Origin: a virus
Taxonomy: Duplodnaviria; Caudoviricetes
Virus record (IMG/VR): IMGVR_UViG_3300025391_000020
Location: 1 to 53,205 of that record
DNA length: 53,205 nucleotides
Strand: one strand, 5' to 3'
Shown: positions 26,317 to 37,419 of the stretch, piece by piece
Position numbering within the stretch: the stretch's first letter is position 1
Layout: every line of letters starts with the position of its first letter
Notes under the pieces: generated by a model
What the model was told of the DNA's origin: nothing
Seen by the model: the letters and a program-made list of their open reading frames with translations, nothing else
Database searches by the model: none
Made by a program: the position numbers and the translations under genes

Positions 26317-28581
26317 ATGTCACAACTAGACTTGCAACTGCCGGAATCTCCATCTGGCAGTGATCTAGGAATACTTCGGTCAAACGATAATTATTATATT
26401 CCAATCACTGCTTATGATCCAACACCGCAGTTAGGTCCTGTTATATATGCATTAACAGAATTATTAGATGGCGGTATAGCATCTTGTACTTCAGCAACTT
26501 ATGGCACTAGTTTATTAGATCTAGGAGATAGCAATACAGGTACTGATATTACTACAATTTCATTTGGTTCATCTGTATCATCTAGTACATGGTTGCCATC
26601 TGATTTAGATTTAGATACTACAACTGGATACATTTTTGGATATGTTCCTACACAAACAGAATATCTTAAAAAATATTCTATAAATATTTCTGCTACAAAA
26701 ACTTATACAACATCATCTGTATCCGTAACTACACTTAATACATTTACTCTAGGAATACTAAACAATAACCCAGATATTATAACTTGGGTAAGTAGTAACA
26801 CATTGTCAATTCCTCAAGGAATGATCAGTGATCTTTCTATTGTAGCCACACATACAGAAGCTCAATCTGCCTTACAATATAGTTTAGTTGAAATTATTGA
26901 TACAGGTAATGCAACTGTAAATCAATATACTCTTACAAATATGAGTAGTGTAGTAGGAATTACTACAGGAATGTCCATAGTACAATTATCTACAACTACT
27001 TCAGTATTAGCTGATAATTCTTTTGTGGTTAGTATAGGTACTAGTACTGTTACACTTAATCAAGTTACTACAGGAACAATAGTAAATGGAAAATTTTCAT
27101 TCACACCTTATATAGGTGGATTGAGATTAACTAACACAGGTAATATTATAGGACAAGGAAATACTACAGGAACATTTACAGCCACTGTAGTAACATGGAA
27201 TCCTTATTACTCTGTGGAATTATTAGATGGTGGGATAGCAGACATAGAATATGATTATGATGCGTATGGCGGATATTCATACTCTTTCAACGGTATTCCA
27301 GGAAGAAATAATAATATTATTCCATTAGATGGCGAAACTTCAGATCCTTATGGATTATCAATAGACAACGGTTCAGCATCAAATGTAGGTAATTTACTTA
27401 TAGATGGCGGAAATAGATTATCCAATCTAGGATTAAAATTAGATGGAGGCTATGCATCATCCTATTATGCTGTTGTTATAGTATCTGGTGGATCTGCATC
27501 ATTGGGGTATATTCAACCAAAGTATGATGTAGACGGGGGATATTCTGGCAGTAAATATAGTGTTAATGATCCAGCTACTGATGGCGGGTCTAGTATTAGT
27601 TTATATGGTAGTAATGAAAATTTCCTTAATGGAGGAAGCTCGATATCAGCATTTAGTTTTTATAACAATGATGGTGGGGCTGCTAGTACAGTATATAGCG
27701 ATAATGATCCCAAAGCAATAGGTGCAGGTGTTGTTGTTATTCCTCCATTTGATACTAGTCTAACAGGACCTATATACATATATCCATTCTCTACACAAAG
27801 TTTAACAATCAATATACTTCCATCAATTCCGTATACTGGTATATATGTAAGACCTTTCCTAAGCATACCTAAACGTAAATCTTATTTGGAATTTATCAGC
27901 AATACTAAAATATTTCCTCCCAACTTGTTATATAGAGGTGATGATCCAAATTTTGGTGTACAAAAAGATATAAAAATGTTTTTAGAATTTGGTATTCAAT
28001 CGATCAACCTCAATGACTATGTACCTGCATTATGGGAAAATTTTAATCGTCGTAGATTAACATTTGAAAATATTAAAGTAGCTCGAGCTAAAGATCAAGC
28101 AGGAAATTACTTGTATGATGTTATCTATGCAGATATTATAGATAATATTAATGGAGTTAAATTAGTTATCTATGATAAAAACAACATTTACTATCCTGCA
28201 AGTATAGCAAACATGAGACATAGATTAGAATCCATTGTACTGCCAAATTATACATATATATCTGTTGACCAATATCACTTGCCTAAATTTATGCAGACTG
28301 CACAAACAGGAACTTATTTGCCTACGAATTATATTAAAGTTGTTCCGTTATGCTATGTCCAGCCCGGAAAAAGTAGCAGTATCATTGATCAAATTAGATT
28401 ATCAGGATTTGATTTTAAATTATATGATTTTGAAATTGATAGATTGATAATACAAAACAGCTTAGATAATACCACCGATAAATATCTATTGTTCCCACGT
28501 AACTCTTTAACAACAGTGATACCTCAGGATAATTTAATATTTGGAGATGACGGTGTACAGATTCCGATAACAAGAGCCTAA
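26317..28581 (+). CDS. virion structural protein (baseplate-like) with Ig-like segments and DGG repeats
   Basis: Ser/Thr-rich beta segments, LDTTTGYIFG, about 10 xDGG-type motifs; lies among tail genes. Confidence 0.6.
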   Translation: MSQLDLQLPESPSGSDLGILRSNDNYYIPITAYDPTPQLGPVIYALTELLDGGIASCTSATYGTSLLDLGDSNTGTDITTISFGSSVSSSTWLPSDLDLDTTTGYIFGYVPTQTEYLKKYSINISATKTYTTSSVSVTTLNTFTLGILNNNPDIITWVSSNTLSIPQGMISDLSIVATHTEAQSALQYSLVEIIDTGNATVNQYTLTNMSSVVGITTGMSIVQLSTTTSVLADNSFVVSIGTSTVTLNQVTTGTIVNGKFSFTPYIGGLRLTNTGNIIGQGNTTGTFTATVVTWNPYYSVELLDGGIADIEYDYDAYGGYSYSFNGIPGRNNNIIPLDGETSDPYGLSIDNGSASNVGNLLIDGGNRLSNLGLKLDGGYASSYYAVVIVSGGSASLGYIQPKYDVDGGYSGSKYSVNDPATDGGSSISLYGSNENFLNGGSSISAFSFYNNDGGAASTVYSDNDPKAIGAGVVVIPPFDTSLTGPIYIYPFSTQSLTINILPSIPYTGIYVRPFLSIPKRKSYLEFISNTKIFPPNLLYRGDDPNFGVQKDIKMFLEFGIQSINLNDYVPALWENFNRRRLTFENIKVARAKDQAGNYLYDVIYADIIDNINGVKLVIYDKNNIYYPASIANMRHRLESIVLPNYTYISVDQYHLPKFMQTAQTGTYLPTNYIKVVPLCYVQPGKSSSIIDQIRLSGFDFKLYDFEIDRLIIQNSLDNTTDKYLLFPRNSLTTVIPQDNLIFGDDGVQIPITRA

Positions 28582-28583
28582 AA

Positions 28584-29594
28584 ATGACTACTATAAGCAA
28601 TTTACCACCTTTAATAAACATAACCAATACTGATTTGGTTATAGTGTTAGCTGAAGATCAGCAGGTTGATCCACCTATTACGAAACAAGTATCATTAACT
28701 ACAGTATTTGCAGAAGCATATAATGGCATATTAGGTCCGCAAGGTACACAGGGATTGCAAGGTACACAGGGATTGCAAGGTACTCAGGGAGTACAAGGAT
28801 TGCAAGGGGTACAAGGTATAGCAATACAAGGTACTCAGGGATTGCAAGGGGTCCAAGGACTCCAAGGCCTGCAAGGTATTGCACTACAAGGTACACAAGG
28901 TAAAGCTGGTACCATACAAGGTGCACAAGGACTCCAAGGCGTTCAAGGTCGTGTACTACAGGGTACTCAAGGTATGGCTGGAAATTCACAAGGACTCCAA
29001 GGACTGCAGGGTGTGCAGGGAATTCAAGGACTGCAAGGCAAAGCAATACAAGGATTACAAGGTACAGCCGGTAATATTCAAGGTGTTCAAGGACTACAGG
29101 GAATTCAAGGACTGCAAGGCAAAGCAATACAAGGATTACAAGGTACAGCCGGTAATATTCAAGGTGTTCAAGGTATCGGTGGCACTAATGGAATCAACGG
29201 GACAGTTATTGCTAGGACAAATACCACAACTAATGTTACCGTTGAGGCTAATTCAAGTACCACATTTACTATTCAAGGATATAAAAGTTACGCCTTATTA
29301 AAATTAGCAACCAATGCCGCTGCCTGGGTTAGATTGTATACATCCAATGCCGCATTAACAGCAGATGCATCAAGAGTGCAGAGTATAGATCCCTTGCCAG
29401 GTACAGGCGTTATTTTAGATGTTGTTACCACAAGCTCTACTCTAGTTCCATATACTCAACCAATTACTCCGGCATTGATCGGATTCAATGACGATGCAAC
29501 CCCTACAATAAACATATACGCGGCTGCAACTAATTTGAGCAACACAGCAACAACTTTAACAGTTACACTGACATTATTGCAGTTAGAAACTTAA
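28584..29594 (+). CDS. collagen-like tail fibre protein
   Basis: G-x-Q triplets ~28734-29175; TISNLP N-terminus. Confidence 0.85.
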   Translation: MTTISNLPPLINITNTDLVIVLAEDQQVDPPITKQVSLTTVFAEAYNGILGPQGTQGLQGTQGLQGTQGVQGLQGVQGIAIQGTQGLQGVQGLQGLQGIALQGTQGKAGTIQGAQGLQGVQGRVLQGTQGMAGNSQGLQGLQGVQGIQGLQGKAIQGLQGTAGNIQGVQGLQGIQGLQGKAIQGLQGTAGNIQGVQGIGGTNGINGTVIARTNTTTNVTVEANSSTTFTIQGYKSYALLKLATNAAAWVRLYTSNAALTADASRVQSIDPLPGTGVILDVVTTSSTLVPYTQPITPALIGFNDDATPTINIYAAATNLSNTATTLTVTLTLLQLET

Positions 29595-31760
29595 ATGTCT
29601 ACATATTCTACAACACTAAATGTTTCTTATGGTAGTGATCCATTACAATTTGTAAATTTGTATGTTCCTACAGGAACTCCAAAAGGAACTATTTTACATA
29701 TACACGGTGGTGCATGGTCTGCAGTTAATGGATCAGTAGGACCATCATCAACATCAACTGATCCTAATATGATACCATTTGTTACAGCAGGATATGCTGT
29801 GATAGATATGCAATATCGTGATCGAGGAGTAGGCAATGGCGGAGGAACCTACATTACAGGAAACTCTCCGGGAGATGTTGCAGATGTTGTTACTGTATTA
29901 AGTCATTGTTTAGATTCTGCTGTGGCTGCGTCTGCAGGGGGAAGTTGGCCAAGTGTACAAAGTTATATTGCCGCTAATGGTGGATTATTTGTAGGTGGTT
30001 CTAGTGCTGGAGGACATCTAACTATCATGGGTGTTTGTACCTACGGGACAAATTCAGGAAAATGGCCCAAGGGGGCTATTAGTATAGCAGGACCACTTAA
30101 CATAGATTATTTTACTACATCAACAAATTATATTGATCCGTATATAAGATCAATAATTGTCGATGATTATATTCATACTGGTCTTGAAGCAGATCAAAAA
30201 CTGGCCAGTCCGCTTTGGCAATATGGAACACAATTAGGTGAAGGTGAGGCTCCTACTCCAGGACCATGGTTTAGTGCAGTAAATGCCAGTGCCTGCAAAT
30301 TTATTTTTGTCCAAAATGATAACGATACATTGGTACCTCTCCATACTGTGGCACCATGCATTGTTAGTTTTACCACTTATAATTCTACCAATACTAGTGT
30401 AATCCGTGTATTAGAAGGCCCACCTTTAGGTGATTGGGACGGATTTAGTCCTATTACCAATAAAGGTTCGTTGTCTTTAACGAGTCAATTACCTAGCAGT
30501 GGTCAAACATTAGGTGATATGTATTCATTGCCAAATGGCACTTGGGTTTATAACAATGGCACTTACCCCGGTGATGCATTTTATCCAGCATCAGTAAATG
30601 GATTTACACTTTGGTTCCAACATAATTATACAACTCAGGAATATCCAATGTTGTTAGATAATGCCAACGCAGTATTTGGAAATATTACACTATCACCTAC
30701 GGGAACATTGACCACAGGTACAACTGGTGTATTATATAGTCAACAGATTACTGCCAGTGGTGGCACAGGCCCATATACATATACAATGGCGTATGTCCCT
30801 AGCAATCTGATTAATGGTATTAATTTAAGTTCTTCGGGATTGCTTTCTGGAACTACCAGTGTTCCAGGTTTATATGCGTTTTCAATAAGAGCCACAGATG
30901 TCAATGGCGCCACAGTGGTAGGAAACTATCAACTGACAATTACAAGTGCCGCTCCTATAAAATACAATCCCAAACCTTTTTTACAAGGTCAGGATGCAAT
31001 ATTTACAGGAAATCGGTATCCTAGAGGCTATTGGCACAACCAATATCACATGGGTATCGAGACACAATTTTCTGGTGACATTTCGAATAGTACAAATGCT
31101 AATCCAGATTTTAGTGCAACTCAGGTTTATGTGGTAGATGAAATATGGTGGGGTACAGGAAAACCTACTGGACAAGATCTACAGGCATTGTGTGATTATT
31201 GGCGATATCACGGTATTAGTCCAGGTGTAGGTATTAATCATGCTGCCGAAGGAGGGTATTTTGGCAACACTCCTGTACCAACTGCTACTATACTTGCAGA
31301 TGCAATAAGGTGTGATTGGATAGCATTAGATCCATATTTGTTTACAGCTAGTGTGCCATATTTTAATAGCGGTAACTCTGCAATAACACAGACTAGCATT
31401 AACACTACTATTGCAGGGTTAGTTAATTGGACACAAGGTTGGATTGATAGACTTGCACCATATGGCATTCCTGTTGTACTAATCACACAAGGTATTAGAG
31501 AATTAAGTATGCCTCAGAATTATGTGGATCAATACTTAGAAGTACAATATAGTACTTTTGGAATACAGCAAACACCACTTAGACTGGTATTTCCTTATGA
31601 AGTATTGTTAGGCCTCGAAGTGTTTACATTAGTTAATGTAGATGTTAGTGGGCACGTTAATGCACATCCTTTTGCTAAAACCAATCAACATTTTCCAAAT
31701 TTAACTTCTGCTAGACCTGCCAAAGGTCAGTTATACCCTAGAAATACTTTCAAGTACTAA
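29595..31760 (+). CDS. alpha/beta hydrolase (esterase) fused to Ig-like domain and unknown C-terminal domain
   Basis: HIHGGAW oxyanion, GGSSAGG nucleophile elbow, DTLVP; YSQQITASGGTGPYTY Ig-like repeat. Confidence 0.8.
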   Translation: MSTYSTTLNVSYGSDPLQFVNLYVPTGTPKGTILHIHGGAWSAVNGSVGPSSTSTDPNMIPFVTAGYAVIDMQYRDRGVGNGGGTYITGNSPGDVADVVTVLSHCLDSAVAASAGGSWPSVQSYIAANGGLFVGGSSAGGHLTIMGVCTYGTNSGKWPKGAISIAGPLNIDYFTTSTNYIDPYIRSIIVDDYIHTGLEADQKLASPLWQYGTQLGEGEAPTPGPWFSAVNASACKFIFVQNDNDTLVPLHTVAPCIVSFTTYNSTNTSVIRVLEGPPLGDWDGFSPITNKGSLSLTSQLPSSGQTLGDMYSLPNGTWVYNNGTYPGDAFYPASVNGFTLWFQHNYTTQEYPMLLDNANAVFGNITLSPTGTLTTGTTGVLYSQQITASGGTGPYTYTMAYVPSNLINGINLSSSGLLSGTTSVPGLYAFSIRATDVNGATVVGNYQLTITSAAPIKYNPKPFLQGQDAIFTGNRYPRGYWHNQYHMGIETQFSGDISNSTNANPDFSATQVYVVDEIWWGTGKPTGQDLQALCDYWRYHGISPGVGINHAAEGGYFGNTPVPTATILADAIRCDWIALDPYLFTASVPYFNSGNSAITQTSINTTIAGLVNWTQGWIDRLAPYGIPVVLITQGIRELSMPQNYVDQYLEVQYSTFGIQQTPLRLVFPYEVLLGLEVFTLVNVDVSGHVNAHPFAKTNQHFPNLTSARPAKGQLYPRNTFKY

Positions 31761-31802
31761 ATCAATTTCATATAAATACACTTATTACAGGTAATCGATA
31801 TA

Positions 31803-34025
31803 ATGACCACAAGACCAAATCTTACAGCACTACCCCATTTAACTAACCCTACAGCGGGCGAAACATTGGTAATTGTTCAAGATTCAGCTGTAAATCAATA
31901 TATCACTATACCACAGGCTAGAGAATTATTATCAGGCGGTCCTAGCGGTCCTAGCGGTCCATTGGGCTTTCAAGGTGTACAAGGTCCTCAGGGATTACAA
32001 GGTCCTCAGGGATTACAGGGTGTTCAGGGTTTGCAAGGTTTACAGGGACATTGGGGTCCACAAGGAGTTCAAGGACTTCAAGGACTGCAGGGTGTTCAGG
32101 GATTGCAAGGAGTACAAGGAATACAAGGACAGCGCGGTATTCAAGGACTTCAAGGAGTCCAAGGCAATCAAGGAGTCCAAGGCAATCAAGGAGTCCAAGG
32201 CAATCAAGGGGTCCAAGGCCCCCCATCTAATGTAACTAATGCAGTTACCGGTGGAAGTACCGGTAGTCTACTTATACAATCGTCAGCAAATGTAACTAGT
32301 TTTGTACCAATTGGTCCAAATGGATATCTATTACAATCAAACGGTACAACTGCTACATGGGTAAGTACAAGTAGTATTGTAACTTCTCCTGGACAAGCAA
32401 ACAAAATTTATGTCAACACATTAACCAACACAGACTCTACAACTTATTATCCAGTAATGGTGCCCGGAGTAGGGTCATATGTTAACGATTATGCCAGCGC
32501 TAAATTAAGTTATGTTGGTAGTACTGGAGTACTAACAGTACCGTCAATCGCAATAACAACTACTACTGATTCTGTATCAACTACTACAGGTGCGTTAACA
32601 GTTGCCGGGGGTATCGGTATTGGCGGTAACATTTATTTTGATGGAGATTTATATCAACATGGACAATTATTTGTAAGTGGTACTCAAGGTCCGCAGGGTG
32701 TGCAGGGGACACAGGGTATTCAAGGAGTACAAGGGCTTCAAGGTGAACAAGGGCTTCAAGGAACGCAAGGTCTGCAGGGAGTCCAAGGTATTGCTATTCA
32801 AGGTGTACAGGGACAAGCCGGCAGTATTCAAGGAACACAGGGCGTGCAGGGAACACAAGGACTAGGTTCTCAAGGTGCACAAGGTATGGCTATTCAAGGT
32901 ACTGCCGGAAATACTCAAGGAGTTCAGGGAGTTCAGGGAACACAAGGACTAGGTTCTCAAGGTGCCCAAGGTATGGCTATTCAAGGTGCCGCTGGAAATG
33001 TTCAAGGAGTTCAGGGGACACAGGGGACACAGGGTATAGGTGCCCAAGGTGCACAAGGTATGGCTATTCAAGGTGCCGCTGGAAATACTCAAGGAGTTCA
33101 AGGAGTTCAAGGAACACAAGGTATAGGTACTCAGGGTGCACAAGGTATGGCTATTCAAGGTGCCGCTGGAAATACTCAAGGAGTTCAAGGAGTTCAAGGA
33201 GTTCAAGGAGTTCAAGGTGTAGCCATTCAAGGTACTGCTGGAAATACTCAAGGAGTTCAAGGAGTTCAAGGAGTTCAAGGAGTTCAAGGTGTAGCCATTC
33301 AAGGTACTGCTGGTGATGTTCAAGGGGTTCAAGGGGTTCAAGGCCGGTTAGGTAATCAAGGTAACCAGGGATTCCAAGGTAACCAGGGATTCCAAGGTAA
33401 CCAGGGATTCCAAGGTAACCAGGGATTCCAAGGTAACCAGGGATTCCAAGGTAATCAGGGATTCCAAGGTAATCAGGGATATCAAGGTTTTCAGGGATTT
33501 CAAGGAGCAGGTTTTCAGGGATATCAAGGTAATCAGGGATATCAAGGTAATCAGGGATATCAAGGTAATCAGGGATATCAAGGTTTGGGTAATCAGGGAT
33601 ATCAAGGTAACCAAGGTAATCAAGGTTTTCAGGGATATCAAGGTAACCAAGGTAATCAAGGTAATCAAGGTTCGGGTAATCAGGGATATCAAGGTAATCA
33701 GGGATATCAAGGAGGTCCAGGTAGTGGTGGAATTACATCATTTTCAGTCGGTGGCCCAGGATCAGCAGGATATGCAATATTCGGCAATGGATTAGTTATA
33801 CAATGGGGATTTAGTGCTACATGGGGTGGCTCAACTTTAGCTCAAGCAATTAATACTCCACTATCACTCGCAGTAAGTTATTATAATTTAACTCATAATG
33901 CAGGAGACACATATAGTATCGGTGAAATATCAGCCAAACTAACAGGTGGACCACCCTATACTACAATAACTCCTTCTACTAACGGCAACACAAATGAGTG
34001 GTGTTGGATTTTGATAGGTTATTAA
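31803..34025 (+). CDS. collagen-like long tail fibre protein
   Basis: two G-x-Q tracts; [13 protein letters not shown]; C-terminal GNGLVIQWG tip domain. Confidence 0.88.
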   Translation: MTTRPNLTALPHLTNPTAGETLVIVQDSAVNQYITIPQARELLSGGPSGPSGPLGFQGVQGPQGLQGPQGLQGVQGLQGLQGHWGPQGVQGLQGLQGVQGLQGVQGIQGQRGIQGLQGVQGNQGVQGNQGVQGNQGVQGPPSNVTNAVTGGSTGSLLIQSSANVTSFVPIGPNGYLLQSNGTTATWVSTSSIVTSPGQANKIYVNTLTNTDSTTYYPVMVPGVGSYVNDYASAKLSYVGSTGVLTVPSIAITTTTDSVSTTTGALTVAGGIGIGGNIYFDGDLYQHGQLFVSGTQGPQGVQGTQGIQGVQGLQGEQGLQGTQGLQGVQGIAIQGVQGQAGSIQGTQGVQGTQGLGSQGAQGMAIQGTAGNTQGVQGVQGTQGLGSQGAQGMAIQGAAGNVQGVQGTQGTQGIGAQGAQGMAIQGAAGNTQGVQGVQGTQGIGTQGAQGMAIQGAAGNTQGVQGVQGVQGVQGVAIQGTAGNTQGVQGVQGVQGVQGVAIQGTAGDVQGVQGVQGRLGNQGNQGFQGNQGFQGNQGFQGNQGFQGNQGFQGNQGFQGNQGYQGFQGFQGAGFQGYQGNQGYQGNQGYQGNQGYQGLGNQGYQGNQGNQGFQGYQGNQGNQGNQGSGNQGYQGNQGYQGGPGSGGITSFSVGGPGSAGYAIFGNGLVIQWGFSATWGGSTLAQAINTPLSLAVSYYNLTHNAGDTYSIGEISAKLTGGPPYTTITPSTNGNTNEWCWILIGY
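32680..33712 (+). repeat. coding tandem repeats (9, 18 and ~60 nt units) encoding G-x-Q collagen triplets
   Basis: e.g. CAAGGTAACCAGGGATTC and CAAGGAGTT tandem runs. Confidence 0.85.
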
Positions 34026-34036
34026 ATAAAAAAATT

Positions 34037-34438
34037 ATGACAATATATTATTCACCATCATTACGAGGTTTTTTTGATTCAACTATAACTACTGTAAGTA
34101 TACCCTCCGACGGTATAGAGATAGAAAGTACATATAGAGACGAATTGCTTAAAATGCAAGGTCAGGGAGGGTCAATTGTTCCAGACGATACAGGAAGACC
34201 TGTTCTAGTCATGCCTAATACTGAACAGATAAATTTAGATTTATCTAAAAATGTTAGAGCACAACGAAATACTTTATTAGTCAACAGTGATTGGACTGAA
34301 CTTCCTAGTGTACAACTAGCACATAGTAATGATACAAATTGGATTTCATCGTGGGCAACTTATAGGCAGGCACTTCGTGATTTACCTACACAGACAGGAT
34401 TCCCAAATACAATAAATTGGCCTAATCCACCACAGTAA
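34037..34438 (+). CDS. tail fibre assembly chaperone
   Basis: YYSPS..GF, R..RN.LL..SDWT, YRQALRDLP.Q.GFP..I.WP. Confidence 0.88.
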   Translation: MTIYYSPSLRGFFDSTITTVSIPSDGIEIESTYRDELLKMQGQGGSIVPDDTGRPVLVMPNTEQINLDLSKNVRAQRNTLLVNSDWTELPSVQLAHSNDTNWISSWATYRQALRDLPTQTGFPNTINWPNPPQ

Positions 34439-34475
34439 TTAACTCAAGAAAATTCTCTAACAAACTACAACACAT

Positions 34476-34504
34476 TAAATACCTATATAATATTATATAT
34501 AGGT
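34476..34504 (+). promoter_or_regulatory. late promoter adjacent to RBS-sequestering hairpin
   Basis: TAAATA then ACCTATATA/TATATAGGT covering SD AGGTG. Confidence 0.65.
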
Positions 34505-34509
34505 GATTA

Positions 34510-35505
34510 ATGCTTGACACTAGTGATGAATTAATTTTTGTTCAAATGGTTTTGGACAGTGGTGGGGACCTGCAACCTCTAATAATTCCAGCAGAAGAAA
34601 CTCGAGGAACTGCCCTTGCTAACCCTACAATACTAGTACGCAACAGTGAAATTCTAATTAATATTAGAAATTTAAATTACGTTCTGTATCATGCAGAAAA
34701 AGGTCGTCACGAACATGTCTGGGGCCCATTAACATACCTTAATCCAGAAAATGATGTTGTACTACGTACCACAAATTATATTTGTAGACTTAATCCAGAT
34801 CTTACAATAAAACAATACCTTAAAGTAGACACCACTAAACTTGATGTAAAACCACTCTGGGAATTTATTGGTTTAGAAGATTGTCGTCTAGCTGATTGGA
34901 ATGGAAAATTATTCCTATGCGGAGTTCGACGTGATACAACTACCAATGGTGTAGGTCGAATGGAACTATCTGAAATTGAACTCACAGATACATCAGCTAC
35001 AGAGATTGCTAGGACTCGTATGCCTGCACCTGCCCCAGACAACAGCTACTGTGAAAAAAATTGGATGCCTGTAATAGACCAACCTTATACTTGGGTAAAA
35101 TGGACCAATCCCACTGAAGTTGTAAATTTTAATCCGGAAACAAAAATTACCAGCACTACCAAATTAGGTGATTGGGATTGGAGTTTTAAGAAAGATCAAA
35201 GAGGTGGCTCACAGGTTATTCCTTTTGACGGCGGATACTTAACTTTGACACACGAAACTGATTTGTACAATTCCGAACGTGGTCTTAAAAATGGAACTTA
35301 TAGACACAGATTTATCTTTTGGGACAAAGATTTTAACATGCGCCATCGTTCTGAGACATTTACATTCCTAGGTGCTAAAATTGAATTCAGTTGTGGAATG
35401 GCTGAGTACGGTAATGATTTGTTAATAACATTTGGTTTCCAAGACAATGCCGCTTATATCCTTAGAGTTCCCAAAACTTTTGTTCATGATTTCTTATATG
35501 CTTAA
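34510..35505 (+). CDS. five-bladed beta-propeller glycosidase/phosphorylase-like protein (GH130-like)
   Basis: NP, GLEDCRL, CEKNWMP, RGGS, IEFSCG, FG.QD motifs. Confidence 0.75.
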   Translation: MLDTSDELIFVQMVLDSGGDLQPLIIPAEETRGTALANPTILVRNSEILINIRNLNYVLYHAEKGRHEHVWGPLTYLNPENDVVLRTTNYICRLNPDLTIKQYLKVDTTKLDVKPLWEFIGLEDCRLADWNGKLFLCGVRRDTTTNGVGRMELSEIELTDTSATEIARTRMPAPAPDNSYCEKNWMPVIDQPYTWVKWTNPTEVVNFNPETKITSTTKLGDWDWSFKKDQRGGSQVIPFDGGYLTLTHETDLYNSERGLKNGTYRHRFIFWDKDFNMRHRSETFTFLGAKIEFSCGMAEYGNDLLITFGFQDNAAYILRVPKTFVHDFLYA

Positions 35506-37375
35506 TACTTTAAAAAACTACGCCTACAATATAGAAGACCCGCAAGCAAATTTTGATCTTGCATTAGAATACGATGCATTAGGTCAAAGCTATACTGCTA
35601 TTTCTTATTATCTCAGAGCTGCCAATTTTACAGATGATAAAGAACTTGCCTATACTTGTTTGTTAAAGATGGGAACTTGGTTTATCAAACATGAATGTAG
35701 GAACTTTTCTGCAGAAACTACACTTCAGCAAGCAGTAGCATGGATGCCAAAACGTCCCGAAGCTTATCAAATATTAGCCACACATTGGGAAAAGAATCAA
35801 AAGCATCTCGAAGCATACCAACTTGCTACCACGGCAATAGAAGTCTGCGATTTTAATCTGCCACCATTGTCTGTTGATTTTGGAAAAATTGATCTAGAAG
35901 GCCTGATGATACAAAAATTACTCAGCGGTTGGCACATGGGCAAGGAAGATCAGACTAGAAACATTTGTCAAGAGCTTGTAGATAATCATTGGGATAAATT
36001 GACCCAAGAACAAAAAGATCTTGTAGAAACACGTATCATTTCGCTAGGATGTGGTTATGGATTTAATCACAAGTACCTTAAAGAAATGCATTCGGAACTT
36101 AATTTTAAATTTCCCGGTAGTGAAAATATAAATGATAACTTTGCACAAGTTTATCAAGATCTTTTTGTATTGTTTATGACCAATGGTAAACGCAATGGAA
36201 CATTCCTTGAAATAGGTGGATCATCAGCATGGCATAAAAATAATACAGCGCTGTTAGAAAGAGATTTCGATTGGCGGGGCGTTAGTGTCGAAATTAAACA
36301 AGAAAAGGCTGACGAATATAAAAAACAAAGACCTAACATTAATATGATTTGTGCCGATGCACTACAACTTGACTATGTCGATATATGTAGTAAGTTTCCG
36401 GATAATTTAATTGATTACCTACAAATTAATCTCAAACCAGCTCGTAAAACATTTGAAGCGTTGTTAAAGATTCCTTTTAACCAACACAAATTTAGTGTAA
36501 TAACCTATGCACACGATTATTATGGCGATGTAACACGTAGTTTTAAAGATAAGTCTAGAAAATATTTTAAAGCATTAGGTTACGAATTAGTTGTATCAGA
36601 TGTATGTCCCAGAGATAATTGTCCTTTTGAAGATTGGTGGGTTCATCCGGACCTAATATCAAGAGAAAAGATAGATCAAATTAAAAATTTAAAATCAGAT
36701 CTAGAGTCTATTGATAAATTTTATATTACCAAGAATTCAAAAAAAAAAGCAATACTAGATAAACTTAAAAATAAACCCAAAGTTCAATCTAATTTTTTTA
36801 CTATTAATACTGATTATAAAAAGGGCATTTGGGTTATAGATAATTTTTACAAAGACCCCGACGCGGTTCGTGAATTTGCACTTCAGCAAGAATATATCCA
36901 AGGCGGATTAGGACGTGGATTTATAGGATCACGTACTGCACAACAGTTCTTATTTCCTGGACTTAAAGAAGAATTTGAACGTGTGATGGGGCATAAAATT
37001 GTTCGATGGGAAGATCACAGTATGAACGGACGTTTCCAATACGGTATGGAAGGTGATCCGAATGTGTACCATTGTGATGACCAAACTTGGGCAGGTATGC
37101 TGTATCTTACTCCGAATGCACCATATTCTACAGGTACAGGTACGTTTGCAGGTAAAAATAGTGATATTAGGCATAAAGAGCATCCTAATATTTTAAATTG
37201 TTTTAGGCCAGGGTCACAAAATTTAGATGGTACTATATTTGAACCTGTTGATAGTATTGGTAATGTCTATAACAGGTTAGTCATATTCAATGCTGGATAC
37301 TTACATTCTGCTTTGGGATATTTTGGTTATACCAAAGAAAATAGCAGATTGTGGCAAATGTTCTTCTTTGATTGA
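35498..37375 (+). CDS. multidomain TPR + FkbM-like methyltransferase + 2OG-Fe(II) oxygenase-like protein
   Basis: TPR-like helices (P.RPEAY); QVYQDLFV...FLEIGG...NNT.LLE...W.G; C-terminus paralogous to 20813..21379. Confidence 0.75.
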   Translation: MLNTLKNYAYNIEDPQANFDLALEYDALGQSYTAISYYLRAANFTDDKELAYTCLLKMGTWFIKHECRNFSAETTLQQAVAWMPKRPEAYQILATHWEKNQKHLEAYQLATTAIEVCDFNLPPLSVDFGKIDLEGLMIQKLLSGWHMGKEDQTRNICQELVDNHWDKLTQEQKDLVETRIISLGCGYGFNHKYLKEMHSELNFKFPGSENINDNFAQVYQDLFVLFMTNGKRNGTFLEIGGSSAWHKNNTALLERDFDWRGVSVEIKQEKADEYKKQRPNINMICADALQLDYVDICSKFPDNLIDYLQINLKPARKTFEALLKIPFNQHKFSVITYAHDYYGDVTRSFKDKSRKYFKALGYELVVSDVCPRDNCPFEDWWVHPDLISREKIDQIKNLKSDLESIDKFYITKNSKKKAILDKLKNKPKVQSNFFTINTDYKKGIWVIDNFYKDPDAVREFALQQEYIQGGLGRGFIGSRTAQQFLFPGLKEEFERVMGHKIVRWEDHSMNGRFQYGMEGDPNVYHCDDQTWAGMLYLTPNAPYSTGTGTFAGKNSDIRHKEHPNILNCFRPGSQNLDGTIFEPVDSIGNVYNRLVIFNAGYLHSALGYFGYTKENSRLWQMFFFD

Positions 37376-37419
37376 TCAAATAAATACAAACGAAATACAT
37401 ATTTTGGAGTCCAATACAC

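Noticed and set aside
28699-33710. Alternative-frame and antisense ORFs over the collagen genes
   Set aside because: Shadows of 9-nt periodic repeats lacking stops; low-complexity translations without SD
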